NCBI GenBank assembly: GCA_963755915.1
Contig: CAVWLP010000003.1
Coordinates: 96,001-160,000, forward strand
Reading direction: 5' to 3'
DNA length: 64,000 bases
From: an uncultured Phycisphaerales bacterium
Lineage (GTDB): Bacteria; Planctomycetota; Phycisphaerae; Tepidisphaerales; Tepidisphaeraceae
Below the pieces are notes generated by a model. That model was not told the origin of the DNA and made no database searches. It saw only the letters and a list, made by a program, of their open reading frames with translations. Both the position numbers and the translations under genes were made by a program. Positions 12,396 to 20,925 of the stretch are shown here, piece after piece (within the stretch, counting starts at the first letter, position 1; each line of letters starts with the position of its first letter).

Positions 12396-13637
12396 TTAGG
12401 CCGCGTCGGCGACGATGTGCAGCGCTGGTTGGCGATCGATGTCGGGCTGGTATTCGGGGACGAACCGGCAAAGAGCCTGGACGATTTCGCGGTGAGTGGC
12501 GCTGGTGATGGCGCTTAGAGTTTGAAGCATCTGCTCAATCTGCTCCGGCGTCGCCCGGGGGAGTTGCCAGACGCGGATTTTGGGATGGCTGGTCGGGCGG
12601 GTTTGCTCGCTGGCGCAAGCGAGTTCTTCGTAGAGCTTTTCGCCGGGGCGGATGCCGGTGAATTCTATTTGGATGTCCTTGTTGGGTTTGAGGCCCCGGC
12701 CGCGGATCATTTCTTTGGCGAGTGATAATATCTTGACGGGCTTACCCATGTCGAGGATGAAGATTTCCCCGCCGCGGCCGATGGCGCCGGCCTGCATGAC
12801 GAGCTGGCTGGCTTCGGCGATGGTCATGAAATAGCGTTTCATCTCGGGGTGGGTGACGGTCACGGGGCCGCCGGCGTCGATCTGCTTGTTGAAGATGGGC
12901 ACGACGCTGCCGCTGCTGCCGAGGACGTTGCCGAATCTCACCGCGACAAATCTCGTGCGGGAATTCTCGGTGTTCAGGGATTGGACGTAGAGCTCGGCGC
13001 AGCGCTTGGTGGCGCCCATGACGCTGGTGGGATTCACGGCTTTGTCGGTGCTGACCATCACGAACGCGGCGGCGTTGCAATCGCGCGCGGCATCCGCGAC
13101 TAATCTTGTGCCCAGGACATTGTTCTTGATCGCTTCGCCGGGGTTGATCTCCATCATGGGGACGTGCTTGTGGGCGGCGCAGTGAAAAACGACGTGGGGC
13201 TCGAAGCGCTGGAAGATCTGGGAGATGCGGCGCGAATCGCCGATGTCGGCGATGACCGGGATGATTTCCGCGCCGACCCAGCGGTGGCGGAGTTCGCGGT
13301 CGATTTCGAAAAGATTGTTCTCAGCTTGATCCAGAAGGATCATCCGGCGCGGGCAGAATTTCATGGACTGGCGGCAGATTTCAGAGCCGATGCTGCCACC
13401 GGCGCCGGTGATGAGGATGTCTTTGTTGGCGAGGAAACGCTGAAGCTCGGGGGTGTCGAGGCTGACGGGGCGGCGGCCGAGGAGATTGTCTAAAAGGGGG
13501 GACGTGATTTGAGGATTTCGAGAGACGCGCTGGGCAAGCCCGGCAGCTACACGGGGAGTGGAGGCGGCGCCGCGCGTGGTTTGGCGAGGCGTTGGCTTTC
13601 GCGGCGCACGCGCGTGGGAGGGTCCGCCTGGTGGCAT
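12396..13637 (-). CDS. CapD/PglF-like nucleoside-diphosphate-sugar 4,6-dehydratase; start uncertain
   Basis: TGAGGSIGSE, AAHKHVP, STDKAVNPTSVMGATK, RFGNVLGSSGSV, RPGEKLYEEL. Confidence 0.92.
   Translation of the reverse strand: MPPGGPSHARAPRKPTPRQTTRGAASTPRVAAGLAQRVSRNPQITSPLLDNLLGRRPVSLDTPELQRFLANKDILITGAGGSIGSEICRQSMKFCPRRMILLDQAENNLFEIDRELRHRWVGAEIIPVIADIGDSRRISQIFQRFEPHVVFHCAAHKHVPMMEINPGEAIKNNVLGTRLVADAARDCNAAAFVMVSTDKAVNPTSVMGATKRCAELYVQSLNTENSRTRFVAVRFGNVLGSSGSVVPIFNKQIDAGGPVTVTHPEMKRYFMTIAEASQLVMQAGAIGRGGEIFILDMGKPVKILSLAKEMIRGRGLKPNKDIQIEFTGIRPGEKLYEELACASEQTRPTSHPKIRVWQLPRATPEQIEQMLQTLSAITSATHREIVQALCRFVPEYQPDIDRQPALHIVADAA
13523..13557. repeat. GTAG-type REP, empty form
   Basis: Minus strand GTAGCTGCCGGGCTTGCCCAGCG; homolog at 16156-16214. 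Confidence 0.75.
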
Positions 13638-13742
13638 AGCGATGGTTAAAGATCGGCAAAATGAGCGATTGGCGCTTAGATATTCTCGGACGTTGGCATA
13701 CAATCCGTTGCAATTACATGTGGTTGGAAATACAGCGAAAAA

Positions 13743-13812
13743 CCCCCTCCCCGACCCTCCCCTCTTCGAGCCTGAGCCTCAGAGCCGAAGGCCGGATTAC
13801 CGGGGGAGGGGG
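13743..13812. repeat. REP-like hairpin interrupted by a 30-bp palindromic insert
   Basis: CCCTCCCC[TCTTCGAGCCTGAGCCTCAGAGCCGAAGGC]CGGATTACCGGGGGAGGG. Confidence 0.65.
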
Positions 13813-13813
13813 A

Positions 13814-15705
13814 ATGAGCGGGATTCTTGCGTTGATGGCTGTGGGACTTGCGGCGTGCGCGACACATACAGCCCCCCCACAGCAGCCGGTGGCGGCGGCG
13901 CCGACTCCTGCGACTGCGCCCTCGGTGGTGGTCAGCGATGCGCCGGCGGCAACGGATTCGGATCCGAAGGATACGCTTCCCTATCTGGCCAGCGATGAAT
14001 TGCAGGGGCGCGGCGTGGGGATGAAGGGGCTGGACATGGCGGCGGACATGATTTCAGGCGAGTTTGCCGCGGATGGTCTTAAGCCCGTGCCGGGATTGAC
14101 GGATTATTTTCAGCCGTTTGATTACACGACGCAGGGGGGGCCGGGGGCGAGGACATCGCTGGCGCTTGGGGCGCGGACGCTGAGGCTGGAGGATGATTAT
14201 CTGCCGATGCGGTTTTCGATCGAGGAGAAATTCAGCGCGCCTGCGGTTTTTGTGGGGTATGGCGTGAGCGCGCCGGAATCGGGGTATGACGATTACGCGG
14301 GAGTGGATGTGCGGGGCAAAGTGGCGATCGCGATGCGGTATGAGCCGATGAATGCGCGGAGCCAGAGCCGGCTGGTCGATGGGCCGGATGCGGGGTCATG
14401 GTCCACGCACGCGACGTTTGACGCGAAGGCGAAGGCGGCGGCGGATCATGGGGCGGTGGCGCTGCTGCTGGTGAATCCGCCGGATTCGGAGCCGGATTTG
14501 CTGTTGCCGTTTGCGGGGGCGTTTGCCAGCCCGGCGACCATCCCGGTAATCCAGGTGAAGCAGCATGTGGTGGAGGAAATTTTGGGGGCGGCACTGGCGC
14601 CGGATTTAAAAGCATTGCGCTCGCAGATCGACACGACGTTTAAGCCCTGCTCGACGGCGCTGGGGACCGTGAATGTTTCGGGGGAAGTGCAGATCGATAC
14701 GGTGACCGCGCATTTGAAGAATGTGATTGCGGTGATCCCGGGTACCGGGCCGACGGCAAATGAATATGTCGTGGTTGGGGCGCATTACGATCACCTGGGG
14801 CTGGGGCGATTGGGCGAAGCGTTTGGGCCACGGGGAAGCATTTATCATGGGGCGGATGACAACGCATCGGGGACGGCGACGCTGCTGGAGCTGGCGTCGC
14901 GATTGTCGCAGGCGCCGCCGCCGCGCGCACGATTGTGCTGATCTGTTTCACCGCGGAAGAAGAAGGGCTGGTGGGGTCGACGTATTTCATGAACCACTGC
15001 CCGATTCCGGCGGATAAGATCGTGGTGATGGTGAACCTGGACATGGTGGGACGCATTCGCGACCAGACGCTCTTTACCGGCGGGCAGGGAACAGCGAAGG
15101 ATTTCGACGCGATTTTGACGCAGGCGGATGAAGATTCGCCGCTGCAACTGAAGAGCATTGGCCGCGGCGGGCTGGGACCGAGCGATCATATGGCATTTGC
15201 ACGCCGGCATATTCCGGTGCTCTTTTTCTTCAGCGGGATTCATGCCGATTATCACCGCCCCACCGATACGGCCGACAAGATCAATTATGAAGGGATTGGG
15301 GAAGTTTGCGATTTCACGGCGAAGGTGGTTGCGGGGCTGGAGCATATGCCGCGGGATCCGTACATCGCGGAGGCGGATCGGGATTCGATGCATTTGTTTG
15401 GGACACCATTTTTCGGGGCCGACCCGATGCCGCGCGTGGAATTGGGCGTGCTGCCGGACATGGCGTCGCAGGAATCGCGCGTGGGGGTGCTGATCACGGG
15501 AACGCGGCCGGGGACGCCGGCCGAGGTGGCGGGGCTGCGCGAGGGGGATTTGCTCGTGCAGTTTGACGGGCAGAGGTTGGAAAATCTCATGGATCTGGAT
15601 CAGGCGCTGGGGCGGAGCAAGCCGGGGGATCGGGTCACGCTTCGAATCATTCGCGGGACGCAGACGCTTTCGTTTGATGTGATTCTCACGCAGAGGAAGA
15701 GTTAG
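13814..15705 (+). CDS. M28 peptidase lipoprotein with PA and PDZ domains; frameshift near 14930
   Basis: Lipobox LAAC, GAHYDHLG, GADDNASG, TAEEEGLVGS, NLDMVGR, SDH, YH, C-terminal PDZ. Confidence 0.92.
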
Positions 15706-15708
15706 GAC

Positions 15709-16143
15709 ATGGCCAAATCAGCAAGCGAAATCGGGATTGTCATCGTCGATCATGGCTCGCGCCTGGAGCAGAGCAACCGGATGCTGGAGGAGCTTGCAGG
15801 GTTGTTTGCGAAGCGGTTTTCCGAGAGATATGCGATTGTCGAGCCGGCGCATATGGAAATCGCGGAGCCGTCGATCGCCATCGCGTTTGATCGATGCGTT
15901 GCGCGGGGGGCGAAGCGCGTGGTGGTTTGTCCGTATTTTTTGGGGCCGGGCAAGCATTGGACGCAGGATATTCCCCGGTTGACTGCCGAGGCCGCGGCCA
16001 GGCATCCGGGGGTAAAATATCATGTTGCGCAGACGCTGGGGATCGATGATTTGATTTTGGATTTGCTGAACAAGCGCGTGGAGCATTGCGTTGGGTGTGA
16101 GTATGAGTGCGAGGCGTGCCGGGGGACGCTGCGGGCGGGGTGA
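15709..16143 (+). CDS. cbiX: CbiX/SirB-type sirohydrochlorin chelatase
   Basis: VDHGSR, AHMEIAEPS, PYFLGPGKH..DIP. Confidence 0.9.
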   Translation: MAKSASEIGIVIVDHGSRLEQSNRMLEELAGLFAKRFSERYAIVEPAHMEIAEPSIAIAFDRCVARGAKRVVVCPYFLGPGKHWTQDIPRLTAEAAARHPGVKYHVAQTLGIDDLILDLLNKRVEHCVGCEYECEACRGTLRAG

Positions 16144-16155
16144 TCGGAGAGACGA

Positions 16156-16214
16156 AGACGCGCCGGGCCGTTCGGCATTGCTCACGACAGGCAAGCCCGG
16201 CGGCTACACGGGGA
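16156..16214. repeat. GTAG-type REP carrying a 24-bp insert at 16169-16192
   Basis: Matches 13523-13557 apart from 2 substitutions and the insert CGTTCGGCATTGCTCACGACAGGC. Confidence 0.8.
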
Positions 16215-16228
16215 CGGGGGGAAGGGCA

Positions 16229-17641
16229 TTACTCCACCTGCCTAAGCTGGATCGTATCGACGACTTTGTCGTGGGCGAGGATGTTGGTGATGACGACGAG
16301 CCATGAGCCTTCGTCGGACCAATTTTTGCGTTTGAGATAGGCCATGGCGTTGAGGATGGTTTCTTCGGGGTCTTTGCTGAACGGCATGAGGAACGGCTCC
16401 ACGCCCCAGGGAAGCAGGAGCTGACGGAAGAGGGCTTCGTCGTCGGTGAAGGCGTAGATGGGGACGCCCACGGCGCGGAGGGCGGCCAGGGTGTAGGCGA
16501 GGAAGCCGCTGCGGGTGAAGACGACGATGCCCGATTTGCCGAGCTGCTGGGCAAGCACCGCAGCCGAGCGCAGCATTTTTGCCTTGGGTTCCTTGAGCTC
16601 GATGACCTCGTTGATGCCGCGTTTTTCAGTCGGCTCGATGGTGTTGACGATATTTTTCATCACTTCCACGCATTCCAGCGGATAGAGGCCCGTGGTGGTT
16701 TCGCCAGAGAGCATGACGGCATCGGCGCGCTCGCGGACGGCGGTGGAAATGTCGGAAATTTCGGCGCGGGTGGGCATGGGGGCGGAGATCATCGATTCCA
16801 GAAGATGGGTCGCGATGATGACCGGGCGTCCTTCGGTGAGGCAAAGTTCGACGATGCGGGTCTGGACGAGGGGGAGGGTGTGGTAATCGACTTCGATTCC
16901 CAGGTCGCCGCGGGCGACCATGATGGCGTCGGCGATTTTGACAATCCCCTCGAGGTTTCGCAGGCCGCCCTGGTCTTCGATTTTGGCGATGATGCGGGCC
17001 TTGGAGCCGAGATGATCGAGCAGCGCGCGCAGGACCAGGACATCGTCGCTGCGGCGGACGAACGAGAGGGCGATGAAATCGATGCCGGCGGCGACGCCGG
17101 CGCGGACGTCGCGCTCGTCTTTTTCGGTGAGGGATGGGAGATTCACGTCGACGCCGGGCAGATTGATATGCCGTCGCGAGCCGACTTTTCCGGGCGTGAG
17201 AACCCGGCACTGAACGTGGGTTTCGTCCTTGGTGAGGACCTGAAGACGGATCAACCCGCTGTCGAGCAGGACGATATTGCCGACCTGGAGATCGAGGGGC
17301 AGGCCGGGGTAATTGACGCTGACGCCGCGGCAGCCATCGGAGGGGGTTTTCGTGTAAAACTCGAAGGTGTCGCCGACCTTGAGGTCGATCGGTTCGGCGA
17401 CGACGCCGGTGCGGATTTCGGGGCCCTTCACATCCATCATCACGGCGACGTGACGTTCCACTTCCGCCGAAACCTCGCGGATTCGCTTGACGACTTCGGC
17501 GACCCATTCACCGGTGCCGTGGGCCATGTTGAGGCGGATGACGTCGACGCCGCTGGTGACAAGCTGCTTCAGCTTGTCGCGACTTTCCGTGGAGGGACCG
17601 ATTGTGGCAATGATTTTGGTGTGTCTGTAGTGACCGCGCAT
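16229..17641 (-). CDS. pyk: Pyruvate kinase
   Basis: TKIIATIGP, DVKGPEIRTG, IIAKIE, MVARGDLG, MLSGET. Confidence 0.98.
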   Translation of the reverse strand: MRGHYRHTKIIATIGPSTESRDKLKQLVTSGVDVIRLNMAHGTGEWVAEVVKRIREVSAEVERHVAVMMDVKGPEIRTGVVAEPIDLKVGDTFEFYTKTPSDGCRGVSVNYPGLPLDLQVGNIVLLDSGLIRLQVLTKDETHVQCRVLTPGKVGSRRHINLPGVDVNLPSLTEKDERDVRAGVAAGIDFIALSFVRRSDDVLVLRALLDHLGSKARIIAKIEDQGGLRNLEGIVKIADAIMVARGDLGIEVDYHTLPLVQTRIVELCLTEGRPVIIATHLLESMISAPMPTRAEISDISTAVRERADAVMLSGETTTGLYPLECVEVMKNIVNTIEPTEKRGINEVIELKEPKAKMLRSAAVLAQQLGKSGIVVFTRSGFLAYTLAALRAVGVPIYAFTDDEALFRQLLLPWGVEPFLMPFSKDPEETILNAMAYLKRKNWSDEGSWLVVITNILAHDKVVDTIQLRQVE

Positions 17642-17765
17642 TTTGTTTCGCCCGTTTTTCTGTGCGCGGCTGGTTACTTTAGCGGGCGGTGAGTGTATCA
17701 GATTGGCGGGGGTTCACAAAGTTTTGTTTTGCGCTTGGGTTGGATTAGGTGGAAGAAATGCAGTG

Positions 17766-17840
17766 GAACCACGGATTACACGGATGGGCACGGATAAGAG
17801 GGATTTTTTTTATCCGTGAAATCCGTGTAATCCGTGGTTC
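17766..17840. repeat. Long inverted repeat of 9-bp CACGGAT units; possible terminator
   Basis: GAACCACGGATTACACGGAT...ATCCGTGTAATCCGTGGTTC. Confidence 0.85.
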
Positions 17841-17851
17841 AATTCTTTAAG

Positions 17852-19294
17852 TCATTCCCCGGTTTCGGCGACGGGCGGGATGATGCGGGAGCCGATTCCC
17901 GGGTCGTCGATGATGGATGTTTCCATCGCGGGGACCGACGCCCTTCCGATTCCCGCCCCCATCAGGCGATGGGCGAAACCCTCGGACTGGTCCACTTCCC
18001 CATGCACGATCCAGGATGACGTTTGCTTGCCGAGCGTCGGCTTCAGAAATCGCAGCAGCTCGTCGCCGTCGGCGTGGGCGCTGAGGCCGTGAATCGTGCG
18101 GACCTGGCAGCGGACGTCATACCAGCGGTCGAAAATGCGGATGCGTTTCTCACCGCCCTGGAGGCGGCGGCCGAGCGTGTTGGAGGGAATGTAGCCGGTG
18201 AAGACGACCAGGTCATCCGGGGTTTCGACGCTTTGGGTGAGATGGTGAAGGATTCTGCCAAACTCGCAGGTGGGGCTGGAGGCGATGATCACGCAGGCGC
18301 CGGTTTGTGAATTGATTTTCTTGCTGTCATCGACCGAAGAGGCGAAGGTGACCCGGGACATTCCAAAGAGGTCGCCCCGACCGATCTCTGCGCGGGTTTC
18401 GTCGTCGTAGCATTCGGGGAACTGCGTGTGGATTTTGCTGATCGCCACGCCCATCGGGCTGTCGACGAAAATCGGGATCTCGGGGATTTGCTTGTGCTGG
18501 ATGAATCGCTGAATGTACCAGAGCACGGTTTGCGTGCGCCCGACGGCATAGCTCGGGAGCAGCAGGCGGCTCTTTCGCTGGATGCAGAATTTAACCGCGT
18601 CCAGGAACTGCGGGCCGACCTGGTCCATCGGGGCGTGCGTGGCATTGCCGTAGGTGCTTTCGGTGATGAGATATTCGACGGGTGCGGGAATGGGATCGGG
18701 GTCGCGAAGGATGGGGGTGTTATATCGGCCGATGTCGCCGGTGAAGAGCAACGAGCGCGAACGGCCGTTCTCGGTCCATTCGATGAGCACGTAGGCGGAG
18801 CCGAGAATGTGCCCGGCGTCGTGGAAGGTGAAGCTGACGCCTTTGCCGATGTCGGTCTTCTGGCCGTATTGGACGCGACGCATGAGGTTTATCGTGGCGG
18901 GGATATCCTGCGGCGTGTAAAGCGGGGTGAGCGGCGGCTCATGGGGGTCGCGTGTGCGGCGGTTGAGGTATTCGAGGTCTTCCATCTGGATCATCGCCGA
19001 ATCGTTGAGGACGATGCGCGCGACTTCAGCGGTGGCGGGGGTGCAAAAGATGGGGCCTTTGAAGCCGGCGCGGGTGGCGACGGGGAGCTTGCCGCAGTGA
19101 TCGAGATGGCCGTGCGAGAGAATGATCGCATCGGCGGTTTTGACGTCGGCGGGGAGGGTTTCGTTAATCTGCCGGGCCTCGTCGCGCGAGCCCTGGTAGA
19201 GGCCCATGTCCAGAAAAATTCGCAGGCCGTTCATTTCCAGAAGATGGGAAGACCCCGTGACGGTGCGGTCGGCGCCGCAGAATTGGATGCGCAT
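17852..19294 (-). CDS. MBL-fold beta-CASP ribonuclease
   Basis: SHGHLDHCG, AGHILGS, FTGDIG, ESTYG, AVGRTQ, LSAHAD. Confidence 0.95.
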   Translation of the reverse strand: MRIQFCGADRTVTGSSHLLEMNGLRIFLDMGLYQGSRDEARQINETLPADVKTADAIILSHGHLDHCGKLPVATRAGFKGPIFCTPATAEVARIVLNDSAMIQMEDLEYLNRRTRDPHEPPLTPLYTPQDIPATINLMRRVQYGQKTDIGKGVSFTFHDAGHILGSAYVLIEWTENGRSRSLLFTGDIGRYNTPILRDPDPIPAPVEYLITESTYGNATHAPMDQVGPQFLDAVKFCIQRKSRLLLPSYAVGRTQTVLWYIQRFIQHKQIPEIPIFVDSPMGVAISKIHTQFPECYDDETRAEIGRGDLFGMSRVTFASSVDDSKKINSQTGACVIIASSPTCEFGRILHHLTQSVETPDDLVVFTGYIPSNTLGRRLQGGEKRIRIFDRWYDVRCQVRTIHGLSAHADGDELLRFLKPTLGKQTSSWIVHGEVDQSEGFAHRLMGAGIGRASVPAMETSIIDDPGIGSRIIPPVAETGE

Positions 19295-19347
19295 GGCGGG
19301 GAGTCTAGCAGACTGTGAACCCACCGACGAATGGCTAACATAAGCCC

Positions 19348-20193
19348 ATGAATCTGGGCATCGACATCGGGGGAACTTCGGTGAAGGCGGCGGCGCTGGA
19401 AGGGGAGCGGATTGTTTGGACGGGGCAGAGCGAATTTTATTCGCGGCCGGATGCAGAGGCCTTGCAGGCGGCGATTCGCCAGGCGGTTGACGGGCGGGTT
19501 AACCGGATCGACGCGGTGGGGCTTTGCGCACCGGGGTTGCTGGATGCGGATCGAAGGGAGATTACCTACGCGATCAATGTTCCGGGAATCGCGGGAATAC
19601 CGCTGGATCGGCTTGTGCCCGATGCGGTGAAGCTTCCCGCCAGTGGTCGCGCGACCATCTGCAACGACGCGCATGCCGCCGCGTTTGACATTTTTCAGGT
19701 CCGCCGGATTTCCGATCGGCTGCTGGTGCTGACTTTGGGAACGGGGATCGGCTTGTCGGTGCTCGACAACGGCCGGGCGCTGCACGTGGAAGGCGAATCG
19801 CCCGGGCACGTTGGGCAAATCGACATTTCAATTCCCGGCGACGATGTCGTCGGACCCGACGGCGGAGCCGGTGGCCTGGAAGGATATCTCGGCGTGGCAG
19901 CACTGCGGAAACGATATGGCAACGACCTTTGGCATGCCGTCGCCGGATTCAAAGGCGACGAGACACCCATGCTCGCCCTGGTCCGGGCGATTCGCATCGT
20001 GCATGCGATTTATCGCCCCAACCATGTCTGCCTCTGCGGCGGCATCGGAATCCGGCTCCAGCATTTGCTGCCTGAACTGCGGCGGAGAATCGAAGACAAA
20101 TTGACGAATCTTGCCCGGCACGGATGGACATTCACAACCGGCGACGACCTGTTTCACGCCGCCCGCGGAGCAGCGCGGCTTGCGGGCGGTTGA
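19348..20193 (+). CDS. ROK family sugar kinase
   Basis: GIDIGGT, NDAHAAA, TLGTGIG, GGLEGYLG. Confidence 0.9.
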   Translation: MNLGIDIGGTSVKAAALEGERIVWTGQSEFYSRPDAEALQAAIRQAVDGRVNRIDAVGLCAPGLLDADRREITYAINVPGIAGIPLDRLVPDAVKLPASGRATICNDAHAAAFDIFQVRRISDRLLVLTLGTGIGLSVLDNGRALHVEGESPGHVGQIDISIPGDDVVGPDGGAGGLEGYLGVAALRKRYGNDLWHAVAGFKGDETPMLALVRAIRIVHAIYRPNHVCLCGGIGIRLQHLLPELRRRIEDKLTNLARHGWTFTTGDDLFHAARGAARLAGG

Positions 20194-20216
20194 TGTAAAG
20201 CCGTGCGGAGCGCAAA

Positions 20217-20916
20217 CTGCCGGTTACGAGCCGATCGCGTAAAACGCGGCCGAGGATCGGACCCCAGGAGGTCGAGGGATTTCTGCGCACCAATTATCCG
20301 CGCGTTTGCCGGATGGCGCTGGGACTCTGCGGCAGCCAGAAGGCGGGAAACGCGGCCGTGAAACTGATCGTGCGCAAAAGTCTGCACGCTCTGCCGTGGT
20401 GCGATAGTGACGCGGAGCCGGCCAACTGGTTTGCCCATCACACGATTCTCACCTGCCGCGAGATGTCGGCTGCAACCCCCACGGCCACCGAGGACGTGCT
20501 GGTGCGCGTCATCACATCCCCCCCGCCGGGGCACATCGCGTTCGTGAAAGCACTGCGAGGTTTGCCCCGGCAGCAGATGGAAGCCTTTTTGCTTTTGCGG
20601 TGCGAGCATTTGGATGCGCGGGGCGGCCGTCGCGATGGACTGCTCCACGCAGGCGGTCGCCACGCACCACGTAGCGGCAACCAAGGCCCTCTCGGAAATC
20701 GCCGGCAACGAATTCGAAGCACGGACGGCGGAATTAATGCGGGCGTATGCGTCGCTCAGCCCCACGGAGCAACTGGTCGAGCAGAATGTGAACATCGCCG
20801 GGCGCAAAATGCGCCGCACAAGATTTTGGCGGTTCATCAAGAACCTGATCCTTCTCGCGCTTCTGGCCGGCGTGGCGTGGGTGGGGTGGCGGCTTTGGAA
20901 AATGATCATTATCTAA
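20217..20916 (+). CDS. Divergent ECF sigma-like protein with C-terminal TM helix; frameshifted, start uncertain
   Basis: YPRVCRMALGLCG (region 2-like); ALRGLPRQQMEAFLL...AAVAMDCS (region 4-like); hydrophobic tail. Confidence 0.45.
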
Positions 20917-20925
20917 GGAGTTACG

